Notes: generated by a model from the sequence alone, not told the origin. A DNA stretch of 64,000 nt from Eledone cirrhosa (GCA_964016885.1 OZ024742.1:117118001-117182000); one strand, 5' to 3'; positions 47,706 through 62,825 are shown, counted from the stretch's first letter. A program made the numbers and translations.

Positions 47706-50434
47706 TTGCAGAAGATAAGGTGTTTATATGAGGTTGTTAGGCTGTAACTTCATGATGATAAGTTGGTTTGAGTGATCCAAAAGCACTTCACATCAGTAGT
47801 TTATCCCAGCTAAAAGTTAGTGATTAGGAGTGACGGAGTGTTCATTTATCAAATTAAGAGTGGTTAAGATGGGATTATTTCACCATAATTGCTTTATTGC
47901 ATGATATATATTTCTGTTACAATTTAAAGTCGAATTCTTTACAATATATGAACATTAACCGTAATGTAATGGTTTCTATTAATTTGAAAAAGAAAAAAAT
48001 TACAATTTTAATTTACATGCATATTATACACATCTATTCCTATCTAATTAGATGAATCGCCTTTTCTTATACATATATGATGTATAGAATTTTAACTTTT
48101 TTTATGTTTTCATAATTTTCTCTTTGTTTTTGAGTAGATCTCTTTCTGAAATATTAACAGTAATCATAAAATATCAGTTTTTCTTTGCTCACGACAAATG
48201 AAAGCCAGTTTCAGAACAATTACCCCCACTATACTGTGGTAGCCATAACAAGACCTCAAAGCTTAAGGTCATGAATGATACATTAGATAATGTACTCCTA
48301 CACAGTGGATGGAATGATGTCTTTGATCAAACCTTTGCCTGGTAATCGTTGATGATAACACAAATATATATATATATTTGTGTTATCATGAACGATATAT
48401 ATATATAAATATACACACACACAAATGATCCAAAGGGTATATCATAGAGAACAAACAGCCCTTTAGTTATATAGACAACATGCATCATCTTTAGTGGTGG
48501 TCTTTTTAAAGTGATTGGTGTCAGGAAGAGCATCCAACTGTAGAATTCTGGTAAAAAATTTAAATATACAAGATAACTATGATCATTTAACTCATCTAGG
48601 AGATCAGTAGCTTGTAATAATAACTGACTCTGACTATAATGTCCCTTCAAATTCATGACAGCATTTAAAGATGATGATGATGATGAACAAACTTCTGTCT
48701 ACAAAATTTCATAGAGGGATTGAAACTGGGACCACGTAGCTACATAGCAAACTTCAAATCATTTAACCTTTTAGAATATTATATATAAAATACTCTTGTG
48801 TTTTAATATAAATAATTCATCACCACCACCATCATTTTAAAATCCTCCGTTTTCCATACTGGCAATGGTTGACAAGACATTTTTGTTTTTAATAAAAGGA
48901 AACAATTATTATTACAAATGTAAAATGGTGAACAAGTTAATTTGACTATATACAATGGAAAGTACAGATGAACATGTGATATTATACAGATTTGAAACCA
49001 CCAACATTTTGAAACTATAGACTAATAGAATTGTACAGTGAAACTACTTGGAATTTCATCTGTAAATATGCTATAAGTTCTTAAACATCTTTCATGTCAG
49101 GCTTAGTTATTCTATAATAGTTTTTTCTATTAGATGTTTTATTTTTTTAATATCACACCATTCAAACATCTATTACACTGTTCGACATATTTCCAACACA
49201 AACTTTAGTAGAGAAGATTGAAACTATATTATACACATGACTATATTTGTATCTTATAGTATGGTTAACTATATATATATTATTATATTATGGCTCCTCA
49301 TATATATTTTTTACACCAGTCTTAGTTATATTATAGTTTTCTCTTTGTTCTTTCATAATACAGTTTCATTCAAATATATACTGAATTCTGGGACATATTT
49401 CAAGCTCAAACACATAGAATTCTATGTTAAACTTATTTTATATTTCAACTGGAGCAAATGGTGGTTCAACACAAGAACAACGTTAAACATCAAAATATAC
49501 TAGAAACAATATAATCTATATGTACAAAATATATATTTATATTTTGACATCTGTACATATAGATTATTTTTGTTTCCAGTATATTTAGATGTTTAAATTG
49601 ACATATTTTATTCAGCTTCATCTCAAGATATCAAACCCTATCATAACATGAACATTCATATAGAAAAAGGGTATATCACTGTATATATTGCAAGAATTAA
49701 TTTAATACAGTTATGTATATAATATACATGTACGTTTTTGAAGTTCAAAGAATATTCTACACTGTTTTAGCATTTTTCTTTCAACTTCAGTTATAGCTAT
49801 ACACTTTTGTATGTACATATATTAAGGCAAGGGAGATATGCAGTTAGCTTTTCATACTGGCTGTATTATTGCATACCAAAGAAACATTCCCTCAGGAACA
49901 AAATCTAAACACATCTAAATTGAAAATATATAATGATAAATTATGGTAGTGAATTATCCAAATCATTAGAACAGGATAAAATGTTTTACAATGTTTGTTT
50001 TAGTTTTCTGGGCTCTTAGCTCAAATCCTGCTGAGGTCAGGTGTAACTTTCATTCTTTTGGGGTCGATAAAATGAAGTATCAGTCCAGGGAGGTAGATTG
50101 GCAAAATATTTTGAGCATTGGAAGAGGTGCTTTGTGATATTTGTTCCAGGTTCTTGTGTTCCAAGTTCAGATATCACTCTCGCCCACTCAGCCAAAAGAC
50201 TTAATGCGCTGCTCACCACCAGGCTCTTGTATGATTTTAAAAGGTTGGCTTTCTTGTAAGCAATCACACAGGTCATTAGTATGAGGATGCTATCCTCCCT
50301 TCTAGAGTTTCATAGGCCCTGAAAATGGGACCTTGAACTCCAGATGGCATTGTAGGGATGTGGATCCCGTCACTTTTCAGACTGACCAGAAAATGTTATT
50401 CTAGGGAGAAGAAAAGAAAAGGGATAGTAGAATA

Positions 50435-51162
50435 ATGGTTTCTTATATAGGCACAAGGCCAGCAATTTTTTTTGGGGGGGAGTCGATTAAATCGACCCCA
50501 GTGCATGACTGATACTTCATTTTATAGACCCCGCAAGGATGAAAGGCAAAGTTAACCGCGGCGGGATTGAACTCAGATTATAAAGGGAGGTAACTCTATG
50601 CTGTAAAGCATGGCGTCGGACCCCCTACCGATTCTGCCAATCCACCGCCCTTGGGATAGTAGAATAATAAGCTACAGTACTTTGGTGAAGCATAGATAAC
50701 TGGGTCGAATGCCACAAAGCATTATATCAACACTCTAATGACTTTGCCTCTCTATATTTTATATGATTAATTGTATATAATCAGAGATATTAATTGCTTT
50801 CTATCTATCAAGAAAGTAAACAACAAACGGAAATTATTCACTTAAATTATATATAATATCTTTTATTTGGTTTTGTTTCATATTCATATTATTAATTACA
50901 TTTCCTCTAAATATTTTAATCTGTCAGCTTGAAAGAAATTACATATATATATTTATGATATATATAAATATATAATTGTTTCTACTTTAGGCACAAGGCC
51001 AGCAATTACCCAGTGCATTACTGGTACTTTATTTTATCGACCCCGTAAGGATGAAAGGCAAAGTCAACCTCGGCGGGATTTGAACTCAGATCGTAAAGGG
51101 ACATAACTATGCTGGAAAGTATGCCGTCCGACCCTCTACCGATACTGCCAATCTACCGCCTT
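50435..51162 (-). mobile_element. Two SINE family A copies (50435-50650 long form, 50975-51162 short form)
   Basis: High similarity to the family consensus. Confidence 0.9.
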
Positions 51163-51267
51163 TAATAATATATATATATTATATATATATATATATATAC
51201 ACATATATATATATGATATATATATTATATGATATATATATGTGTGTGTGTATATGTGTGTATGTGA

Positions 51268-51590
51268 GAAGGCTTAATGGTTAGAGTGTCGGGCTTACCA
51301 TGGTGAGGTTGTGAGTTTGATTCTCAGACTAGGTTTTATGTTGTGTTCTTAAGCAAGTCACTTTATTTTACGTTGCTCCAGTTCAGTCAGCTGTAGAAAT
51401 GAATTGCGATATCATTGGTTCCAATCTGTATCAGCTTTCCCTTGGACAACATTGGTGGTGTGGAGACTGGTATGCATGGACGACTGCTGGTCTTCCACAA
51501 ACAGCCTTGCCTGGATTTGTGCCTTGTAGGGGAACTTTCTAGGTGCAAATTCCATGGTCATTCATGACCAGAGGGGATCGTTACCCTTTT
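51268..51590 (+). mobile_element. SINE family C
   Basis: GGCTTAATGGTTAGAGTG head, family B-like core, tail CTAGGTGCAAATTCCATGGTCATTCATGACC. Confidence 0.8.
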
Positions 51591-54500
51591 TATAAATATA
51601 TATGTATATAGAATTAGGATTTAGCTTCAGGCATAGCTGTATACAGATATGTTTTGAAGTTTTGTATTTCTAAAGAAACATGATATGTGTATCGATAAAC
51701 ATTTAGAAAGCCATAGCTATGCAAAAATCACTGGGGCTAATGCTCTCTGGTGTCCAGCTGAAGCAAGCGGGACAATCGTTGATGCATTTCGAACTTAACT
51801 GGTTCTCATCAAGACAATCCCTCCCACTCCTGTGACTACTGGACTTGAAAACAGGTGAGAATATATAGTTATCACATTTGTGTGAATGAGGTGATTAATA
51901 TACAGAAGACCTGACTTCCCATGGGTACAAGCCGAAGCTGAAGCATATAGACAGTATGCCCCCACCCCCTCCCCGTGTAAAGTGATCATGTAGATGTCAT
52001 GATAAAAAAGCACCCAGTCCATAATATAAATTGGTCATGTAGGCGTCACGATAAAAAGCACTCAGTACTCATTGTAAATGAGGTTGGTGTTAGGAAGGGA
52101 ATCCAGCTGTAGAAATCTAGCCAAAATCAGTTCTGTATAGGCAAGACATGGTCACCTGACCTGGCATTGCCCACAACAGGTCAATTCATCTAACCCATGC
52201 TAGCATGGAAGACTAAACGTAAAACAGTGATGATGATGATATATATATGTGTTAAGTATTTCCGAAGAAAAAAGCAAAGGAAAAAAGAGTGCTCTATGTA
52301 TAATACAGAGCTATTTAATTAGAAAGTGAACAACACACTATAACTACTCCATTACCAAAGGTTTCAGGACCCCTAGTTATAAATATATGAACATATGAAA
52401 TGAAAGGGAAATTCTATTAAAATTGAAAGGCTACTTTACAGTCTGGGCTGGGTACATTTTGCCATGACACCTATATGACAACTTTACATTGTGGACTGGG
52501 TAATTTTTGTTGTGCACCTACACGACCACTTTACATTGTGCACAGGATGCTTTTTTGCTGTGATACCAACATATATATATAAATGCACATGAAAATATAT
52601 TGATGAAATAATTTGTTGGTCATTTTATGTCTGTTATATAAGTGTCTAAACAATTTATTGGGTGATTTATATTGTTATATGATCAGTATTTATTATTTTC
52701 AATTAGATATTGTTGGAATTCACTAATTAATTGTTATTTACTTATTTTATTCATTCATTTTATGTTGTAAACAGCTATAGAAAATATTCTCTCTGATAAA
52801 CAAATATTTGGTATCACATGTTTGCTTTATCTTAATTTTCATCACCACCAAATAGGAAAATGTTTCTTTTGACTTTATTTTCACATTCCGTTGCAATTTT
52901 TATTTTTTTATATATATATTTTTTGTATCTGTTAGCATTAGTTGAATATATTTAACTTTCATATTTTTCCTTTGGCTGTCATGTTTTTGCTGGATTGTAT
53001 GAAAATAACATAAAATTTGATAAATATTATTTGGTAAATATGAATATTAGTTGACTATGGAATCCACTTATTAAATATGAATTTAAGTGACTGTTTCATT
53101 TAAATATTTGTTTAGATTTTACTTTATAATCTGATTCACTGCAAGTGGTGCAATGTGGAAATGATAAGGTTAGTAAATACTAAGATAGCTTGGATTGTAT
53201 TAATTATGCCTGACTCATATTCCCATATAGAACCTTCTGCAGTCAGTTACACCAACCTTGCTCAGTGCCATGTTGGTGCTGGAGGATGAAAGAAGCAGTT
53301 CATAAGCCAGCTAAAGACTATTGTGAATTGAAATAATATCCACTCGTCCAACCACTCACTTTGGTAGTCACACTACTGATGAGGAATTGAAAACACGGAG
53401 GAAAAATGTATTCGATATTATGTGAGAAATTAGGCATGCACATAGATTAATATCCAATCTCTCCAACCAAACATTCACAGGTAGTGTCTGATCTGTAACC
53501 AAAACTGTATATCAACACTTGGGATGTACAATCATTAAAGTATTGATAATTGAAGAAGATGATGATCATCAAAATCATTGAAAAGCTATAAATAAGCAAG
53601 TAAATACTTCAGCTCTGATCAGTTGCTGAATATAGAAAGCTCAGGTAGCTTCTACGTGGTTCTGAACCTGGTAGAAATAGTAGCTTAATATCATTCAAAT
53701 CATATCCAACTAACATTTTTAAAAACAAGGAAATGATATTTGATGTTGTATTCTCAGATAAACTATGTCTAACAAAAGCAGAGGATGGTCATAACTTAAA
53801 TACTTTTAATCTCAAGTCTGTTTGACTTATGAAATAGAGAGAGAGAGAGAGAGAGGAAATAAGAGATATAGAGGAAGAATCAACCCCAGTAAGGAACTGG
53901 TTCATTTTTACTGACTTCAAAAGGAGGAAAAGCCAAATTGACCTTATTAGGTTTTGAACTCATAGTGCAGTCAGCTTGAATGAATATTGCAATACAATGT
54001 ATCCAATGTTCTAACAACTCTGCCAATTCATCAGCTTAGTTTTAAATAAGTTTAGTACTAAAACAGCATGATTCAGAATCCTACTGTGTTATTACTATTG
54101 TTAATTTACCTTAGTAGTACTAATATCACTAAACAGAGTCTGCAATATCCTTGAAAAATCTGTTCTCATGAATCTTATTTTTTTATCAACCTTTGTTCTG
54201 GTTTTCCACATTTTAGTTTGGTTATTTTCATTATTCCCTCCGGTTATGGTTTTGGTTGATTGGGTTTCAAACTTACTCAAACTTGTATACTGAAAGTAAT
54301 TTATATCTGTGATATATCTCCAAATATTATTTCCAAAGAGAGTCAGTATGATTCATTCTCTTTTTATCATTTTATCATAGTTTAGTTTTATTAGAAATTT
54401 ATAATCATGATGTAGCCTTTCTAGTAATGAATTGTAATACTCTTGGATCTACTCTTTGAAGCCATTAATAAATATCTACTCCATTCCTTTGTGATTCTCA

Positions 54501-54956
54501 TTTTCATGATAACATTACAAATGAGGTCAACACCTTTTTGGTATTGTGGAAGCAAATTCAAGCTTGTCTTTTCATAAGTGAAATGTGTGTTTTTTTTTCT
54601 TTGAGATAGGAAAATTTCCATATATATCAGTAACCATTACGTTTGCATTCAGGAATGTCAATCAGTTACTTTGTACTTTATTTTTACCTAGATTTATGGT
54701 TCCCAACATATTTATATTGTTACTGTTGCTCTTTAACCTCAGATAAATCCTGATTAAGCAGATCAATAATCAAATGTCTTCCAGCCAAGACAAGTCCATC
54801 CTTCTTCAGACAGTGTGTCGAGGACTAAATTATCCGGTATAGCCTTCCTTTTTAAAACAGGAGAATATAATTTAAGGTTGATTGGTCTGCTATTTCTAGG
54901 ATGATCAACATTTCTCAATATTTTCTTATCTCAGAGCTGGCATTAATTTTGTTTAA

Positions 54957-55258
54957 CCCTTTTTTTATCAACCAGCCTAAACTAAAACTGTCTAGATTTA
55001 TTCTCTGTGTATACATGAATGTGTGTGAGCAGTGGCCAATGGTAAAAGCAAGCTCCTGGTTCTATGATGAAAATTCCCTTTTTTTAAACATTGCATTATA
55101 ATTTCATGTAGGAATTTGTTTTCAATTTATATTCTAAACACTAACTTAATTACATTAGCTAATTATATTACTAAATATTTTCAAAGTTTTGATTATCTAA
55201 AAAACTTGATTGAAAATCATAGGCAGTGCCTTTCATTAGAAATATAGTAACAAAAGGG
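54957..55258. mobile_element. Degenerate piggyBac-like MITE
   Basis: TTAA-CCCTTT ... AAAAGGG-CTAA ends. Confidence 0.5.
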
Positions 55259-55733
55259 CTAATATTGCATGTAATGAGTTTGGCAGAGTTGCTATCATCT
55301 AAGCGTTCTTTTGAGCTAGTAGACACTAATCATCATATGCTTGTATGGGCTGGACTCATATATTTACATGTTTTGCTATTGTTGCTTAGTCTCAAATCAG
55401 TCTGAATCAAGTAGATCTATAATCAAAATACATATATAGAGAATTCTGAAGAGCAATGTTTCCCAAATTCATTTTGTTATGGTACCTTAATACAGTTTTC
55501 TCAAAATCCTGAAGCTCATACCTGTCTTTCACAGACAATACTTGCCATCCTAACCATAATAAGACATTCACGGAAACAAAAATTGTTTAAGAGAGATCAT
55601 TTATTTATAAAAACAAAGCACATATAATAATTTTTATTAAATTTTATTAAAAGTCACCTTATCTCATTAAGCTCTAGAATTTTTTTTTAATGAAGCTCCT
55701 TGTTTTCAAGATCAGATAATTCAGATGACGTAA

Positions 55734-55950
55734 CCCTTTAGCATTTAAACCAGCCATATCCAGCCAGAATGTTCTCCCCTCTTTCTATTCAAACTGGCTG
55801 TAACCAGCTGCTCATACTGATGTTAAGGTATTGTTCTTAAAATAAATAATATAAAAATCATAGATTCGATACTATGTGAGATAATTATGTAAGTTTCAGC
55901 CTTTACGTAAAATACAATAGTAAATATAGAGTAAAGTAAAGGCTAAAAGG
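55734..55950. mobile_element. piggyBac-like MITE
   Basis: TAA-CCCTTTAGCATTTA...GCTAAAAGG-TTAA; body matches 44978-45541 in inverted orientation. Confidence 0.75.
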
Positions 55951-56312
55951 TTAAGAGATTTCCTCAAGTGAAATTGTGGTTAACCATGAATATGGAGAGA
56001 CAATTTTACATACAACATTCTACTGACGAGAACAAAATCTATGAGAGTCAAGACTATCAGTGGTAAATATCATCAATGGATAGGGCTTGTAAAATGAGGA
56101 CAGACAAAAAATGTCCAAATAAAACCTGTACTTTAAACTATCAGAGCATTTAACACCCACCCTAACTCCATGGGGGGGGGGGGGCATCTAATGAGCACTC
56201 TGGAGATCTTGAGGCCCCCATCAAGAAGATCATGTTCTTATTCAACATCCATCCTAACAACTGGAAAATGATTGTTCGAGATCATAATTACTGGCATTAT
56301 ATATGCAAAGAA

Positions 56313-56500
56313 GGGCGGTGGATTGGCAGTATCGGTAGAGGGTCGGACGCCATGCTTTCCAGCATAGTTACGTCCCTTTACGATCTGAGTTCAAATCCAG
56401 CCGAGGTTGACTTTGCCTTTCATCCTTACGGGGTCGATAAAATAAAGTACCAGTAATGCACTGGGTAATTGCTGGCTTTGTGCCTAAAGTAGAAACAGTT
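56313..56500 (+). mobile_element. SINE family A (short, young) with TSD
   Basis: Flanked by the direct repeat TTATATATGCAAAGAAGG. Confidence 0.9.
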
Positions 56501-57329
56501 ATATATGCAAAGAAGGTCATATTTGAGTGTAACTGGCCTGCTATTTCAGCAGGTCATATTTGAGTGTAATTGGCCTGCTATTTCTAGCAGTGTGTTCAAG
56601 ATTTCTCTATATTTTCTTTCTTATCTCAGAGTTTGCATCAGTTATGTTTGACCCTTTTGTTACCAAATAGCCAGGAATTAAACTACATCTAGATTTATTC
56701 TCAGAAATATATTTCTTTCATCTAAATGCATGTAATAATGTATGCACATCTGTATGTGATATGAAGCTGAAGGTAAAAGAACCAGAAGAAAAGAAAGAGT
56801 TCAATAATGACTTCTGGAAGAATTACAACTACAGTGCCAATTTTGGGACCAGTGATTAATCTCAAACATCAGAAGGCACAATCATAAAAAATGGAAACAT
56901 CAATATTATTGATAAAGAAACATTAAAGTCCTTTTCTCATTGAGGAAATGTTGAGATAATCCAATGATGCCATCATCATCTTCATCCTCATTTAATGTTC
57001 ATTTCTCTGCCATGTTATCACTCATCAATCAGTACCCAAACAGAACCTGACTTCTAGGTAGGCTGGGGGCCTGACATACAATCCCATACACCGAGCACAT
57101 TTTATTGTAGCACCAACACTAGGGAAGTTGTCATGGTTTTGGCATAGCTAAAAAGTTTTGTCACACCTTTTGTTTGGCAAGTTTTCTACAGCTGGATGCT
57201 ATTACTATCACCAACCATTTTACAAAGTGTACTGGATGGTCATTTCTCATGTAGATCACCATCTGCATAAAAGGTGATAAGTTCAGAATTGTGTTGGTGT
57301 TATTCTGGCCTCCTCAGTAAAGCAGGTAC

Positions 57330-57590
57330 AGCCTGGTTCCCAAACTTATTTCGTTGTGGAACTCTCATCCAATTTTCCAAAAATTTCAGAACCCATACCT
57401 ATATCTTATAGACAATTCCTACCACCTTAATTTTGATAAGACATAAAGTGAAACAAAAATTGTTTTAGAAAGATAATTTATTCATATATATATATCTAAC
57501 ACCTATAATAAATTTTCATTAAACTTTATTAAAAAACATCTTATATTATGGAAGCCTGAGCTTCCTTGTAACTCATGTTGGGGAACATTG
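57330..57590. mobile_element. hAT-like MITE (related copy ~55450-55700)
   Basis: CAG..TGGTTCCCAAAC / GTTGGGGAACATTG ends; shared ACAAAAATTGTTT..GAT.ATTTATT body. Confidence 0.5.
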
Positions 57591-58221
57591 ATCTGAATAA
57601 TTAATGACTACCATTTTCACAACCTAGTTAAATTATAGCTGCTCTTCTTCAAACAAAGTTTTGTGATAATATTTCTATCTTTTTTTTTTTTGTTGTCCCT
57701 TAGGGTAACACAGACATAAACATAACAATACAATAAAATGCACATATATTTGGGCAGTGTAATAATGTATGTCTCTATTGTAAACCTAACCCATCAGTCT
57801 AAATTATAAGTTTGTAGTTATCATTACACATGATGAGAGAAGTTTTTACCTATTTTTCTTTCCCAAATTTCCCAAGAGCAATATTTATTGCAGAAGAGAT
57901 CTAAATTAATTTCAGTATGTATTCTTCCACCTACTAAATGGGTTTTTATCTTTGTTCTGATTTATTGAATGAGATAGAAACATCTTCAGACTAGTTTTCC
58001 AAAATATTACCTACCCAAGAATTTGTGTTCATGTTTTATTTTGATAGTTTTTCTTAGATGAAACTTTCAGCTTCCCATTGTGATTTTTTGTTTTTTTTTT
58101 TGTTTTACTTTTTCATTAATTTCAGCAGAACTATGATATTAAGCTGCTTCTATATTGCTGGTCATGGAAGTTATTGTCATTATTATTGCTGTTATCATTA
58201 TTATCAATACTATTACTATAG

Positions 58222-59045
58222 AGTGGGGTTTGGCAGAATCATTAAAATGTCAGATAAAATGACAGCTCTTTTACTTTCTGATATCAAATCCCACCTAGGT
58301 CATCTTTACTTTTCATTCTCATGCAGTTAATAAATAAGGTACCAGTCAAGCATTGGGATCGATATAATCGACTTTTCTCTCCCTAACAATTGTTGGCCTT
58401 GTGCTTAAATAAGAAATCAATGGTGGTAGATTGGCAGAATTGGTAGGGCATCAGATGAAATGCTATAGTGGTATTTGGTTCAGCTCTTTACATTCTGAGT
58501 TTAAAACCTGCCATGGTATACTTTGCCTTTTATTATTCTGGCATCAATAAAATACAGTACGAGTCATGTACTTGGGTTGATGTAATCGATTTTTCCCTCT
58601 TCACAAGTTGTTGGCCTCATGCCTAAATTAGAAAATATTATTATTATTAAAGCAGATTGAATTTGGCAGAATCTTTTAAATGTCAGACAAAATGTTTTGT
58701 ATCATTTAGATATGGCTCATTATGTTCTGAGTTCAAATTCAGCTAAGGTCAACTTTATTTTCCATCCTTATGCCGTTGATAAATAAAGTATCAGTCAAGT
58801 ACTAGAGTCAATATTATTGATTTCTCTCCCACTAAATTGCTGTCTTTGTGCCTAAAATAGAAGCTATTATTGTTATTATTTAAGCAGATTAAGTGAAATA
58901 GTAGGATGGCTGACAAAATGGCTTGCAATATTTGGAACCAACTTTGCTTTTCATTCTTGCTAGGCTGATAAAATAAATTACAAGTCAGACACTAGGGTTG
59001 ATTTAGTCAACAATATACAATCCCCCAAAATCTTGGTGTTATGAA
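58222..59045 (+). mobile_element. Head-to-tail run of four old SINE family A copies
   Basis: TTGGCAGAAT...TGAGTT..AA..CTTTG..TTTCAT..GATAAA..GTAC..GCCT..TGCCTAAA repeated. Confidence 0.8.
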
Positions 59046-61083
59046 TACTTTAATAATAATAATAATAATTTTGATTATTATGAACAGTCTTCTCAACTCT
59101 CAATGCCATTGAAAAAGTCACTAAAGCATAGGACAAAACACTTTACAGTATTTCTCTTGCTGTGAACAACTTGGTTGGTAGACTTAATTTGTCACCCAGT
59201 TTAACACCACCACCGCATGCACAAACATACATCTAGCTGGGAAAACAGATATTAAATGGTGATGATGAAATATTTTCATATATATGTGTTTGTGTGTGTG
59301 TATATAGTAGGGTTGCCTCTGTGTTTTCCTTTCCCATTTGACATCCCTAGTTGTGATGTTTGTTTATATTCTGAATGAACAAGGGTCCCACAACTCACCA
59401 GTTCAACGATCACTATCTTACTTACAAACATAAGCGTTAGCATAAAAAATGACATCCAGTCATTGAATACTGCATCAAAGAAGTCTTGTCTAACCTATGC
59501 AAGGATAGAAAAGCAGACATAAATACAATGATAGTGATTATTTTCTGAGCATACTATAATTACTAAATGTAAAACTGTCTGTTACATTAAGTGAACATTT
59601 GTTTCCTTCCATTCTTGGTATGTACAGTGTACCAACACTTATATAGTTGCAGGAATGGCTGTGTGGTTAAACAGTTTGCTTCACTACCATGTAGTTTTGG
59701 GTTCAGTTCCACTGTAGTGCACCTTGAGTTAACAAATTCCCTGTGAGAGAAATTTAAGAGTTAAAATCATACTAATGAATATTGTGAGTGTGTGTGTATT
59801 TACATACATACATGCATACGTGTGTTTGTGTGTGTTGCTGTGTCTGTATTTACATTAGTGTTTGTTTATATGTCCCATATTTTAGTGGTTTGTCAAATGG
59901 TGATCAATAAAATAAGTACAAGACTTAAATCATAAGCACTGGTGTTGATATGATCAACTGAAAATCTACACACATACTGCCCCAGCTTAGCCTTAGTCCT
60001 ATGATTAAAACCAGGAAAATAATAAAGAATATACATATATCATCAATGATGTTTCTGGAAAGTATCCTACTGTATACTGTTAACAGCCTTTTGCTGCATC
60101 TATCCATTTCATTATGTTCATTTTTCATCCACCAAAGAAATGTAACAGAACACCAGTGCTGGCATTGCTCTAATATTGATCTCTCCAATAATTTTTTTCA
60201 CATTTATTTTTGTTTTAAAGACCTTCCTGACTCGACTCTTAAATTCTTCACTAATATTTCATTGGATTTCCTTCTATTTCACCCCTTCAACTTGCAATAC
60301 AGTCAGATATTTATATCCTTCACCCACCTTCAGTGATCTTATATTATTTTGTTATCTAGAAGAAGGATTCTTTCTAACTTCATCTATTTCTTCTTTTTAT
60401 TGCTGGCATGATAGATTTATCAATACCAAACCCCATTTCAATATCTCTTCTGAAAATTCTAACTGGCTAAATCAAATAATTTTGTTCCTTCTGAAGGTTT
60501 GGTGTAAACTGTGAGGCCAGCTATGAACATTAACTGGTCAATTCCCTCATAAATTTTGGCCAAATAGTACCTGTTATAATATATAAGACTAGACATCAAA
60601 ACAGAAGTGGAGATAATGAATCTCAATAGAAAATAACCCTTTTAATCTCAATTTCCCTCAGCAACATTAAAGAATGAATTATTTCTGCTTGATCAGCAAT
60701 GATGGCTGCTCAACCTGTTAGAAATAGCAGCTGAATTGAAAAAAGAAAACACATACTGGATTATGTAGTGACTGATATACAAAATATCAGGAAGATCATG
60801 TATGGAAATCCTTTTGGTTATGGGTCTGCTCAATCAAAGTAGGCCTGGGGTTAATCATCAAAAACTCCAATGAAGTTTTGTATTCCATGATGGTTGTCAA
60901 ATATATTTAGGCAATCAAAATAGCTGGTAAAATTAGTAGTTTTGATTGACCAGTTTACACTGAGATTGGTAGCTATAGCAGTGGTAGTTGATAACAACAA
61001 GGTTGACAAGCAGTAATGAAGGTTAATAAGGTCACAGAAATTGTTTGCTTAAACTTTTAATTTGTGCTAATAATAATAATTAA

Positions 61084-61114
<31 letters not shown>

Positions 61115-61118
61115 TCTA

Positions 61119-61515
61119 AGGCGGTGGATTGGCAGTATCGGTAGAGGGTTGGACGCCATGCTTTCCAGCATAGTTACGTCCCTTAATGATCTGAGTTCAA
61201 ATCCCGCCGAGGTTGACTTTGCCTTTCATCCTTACAGGGTCGATAAAATAAAGTACCAGTAATGCACTGGGTAATTGCTGGCCTTGTGCCAAAAATAGAA
61301 ACAATTATTATTATTATTTCTTTTTACTACTAATAATTGTTTCTAATTTTGGCACAAGGCCAGCAATTAATCCAGTATATTACTAGTGCTTTATTATATC
61401 AGCCCTGTAAGGATGAAAGGCAAAGTTAACCTCAGCCGGATTTTAACTCAGAACGTAAAGGGCCATAACTCTATGCTGCAAATCATGGTGTCTGATACTC
61501 TACCAATACTGCCAA
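61119..61515. mobile_element. Inverted (tail-to-tail) pair of young SINE family A copies
   Basis: 61119-61305 (+) and 61335-61515 (-). Confidence 0.88.
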
Positions 61516-61517
61516 AA

Positions 61518-62825
61518 TGTTTTCTTTATTAACCACAAGGGTTTACAAAAGAATAACATTAATGACAGCACAGAGTGGTACAAATGAGGTTTTCTTTGTG
61601 CAAAATCAAACATAAAACAAAAACAAGGGATATAATAAAAAAAATATAGAACAAAAGAAAATTCCACTATAGGGGGAAACCTCTGAGGCTCATAAGTGGA
61701 GAAAGCACATGAAAAGACACAGCCACCCTGACACACTGCCAGACACACTCAGAGTAGGCCCATTCATTTGGGCCATTCTCACCTCTTTCACCCACATTTC
61801 AATAAAGTGGCTGGAAGATAGCACTTTCCACTCCACCTTGATTTTCTTCTTCAAGTGAAACCTGAAGAAGTTATTATTAATCAGGGCTTTGGCAAAGAGG
61901 AAAGGGCCCATCTTCAGCCTCTTCAGATGCATTCAATATATGACCTCTTTAGACTTCTGTCAAAAGGTTGCCAAACAAGTCTGGCATATGAACGTAAAGA
62001 TTGTAGGGCAGACTGTCCAAACCATGTGATTTACCCCTCATGCAGTTAGTCATAGCATCCCATATTTCAGCGGCTGTTAGTAGCCATTTGAAGCCCTCTG
62101 CTTCTGTTATCAACAACTGTGGCAGTCTGTTAAGGTAGGGACTGAAGTCCATCCCATTAGCTGGCCATCCACAGCTTCTGAAAAATTGCTGCTGAATGGC
62201 TGCACACATCTGTTTGGGATCAAGTAACATGTGCCCATCAATGGTGTTCAAAAGACCAGAGTGTGGCTTTGCTGCCACACTGCATTTGTCACTCGGGCTC
62301 ATTGAATGGCTTTCACCCCTTTGTGTCTAAGAGTATGCGACCTAGTCCTGACAATGCAGCCTTCATGCTTAGCATTGAAAAATTGGTCGACGACCAATCT
62401 TGCTGCAAGCACTCATCTAACTTTCTAACTAGTTCTCCCTCTACTATACTTTACACGGTGGCTACAGCCTTACTGAACCTAATGGATTCTGTTCTAATTT
62501 CCCTTTTCAGGGAGAAATACTCTTTGTTTTAGATGTCTGCTTCCATCAACACCTGCTTAACTAATTCACTGATCTGGTCACTGTAGGCTTTGCACGCCGG
62601 GAGTGATGCGTTCACCTTCCAGTAGTTGGGCCCCTGTCAATGAAGCCTATCTAGATCTACCACACAGATCACAAAAATGTGGTCGGTGTAGACTACTTTG
62701 AATTGTGAACAATTTATGCTGGACTTATCTATTTCCCTATAAAATATCTAATTTAGATCAATCTGGATGACCCATGCAGTTTGTTCAGGTCCACATTGGC
62801 ATATTTGGGAAATCCAGTTGGTAAG
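61518..62825 (-). mobile_element. Older, internally deleted L1/Tx1 relic related to 9748-11585
   Basis: GGCCCATTCA...GGCCATTCTC.CC.CTTTCACCCA matches 10034-10071; GKSHGLDSLP (~KSPGLDGLP); YTDH endonuclease motif. Confidence 0.75.

Noticed and set aside
53370-53430. CTGATGAGGAAT...ATTCGATA as a hammerhead
   Set aside because: GATA instead of GAAA and no convincing stems I or III
59990-60660. Possible very old LINE remnants (also ~6060-6600 and ~49000-49900)
   Set aside because: Only vague motif similarity; cannot be supported without a profile search
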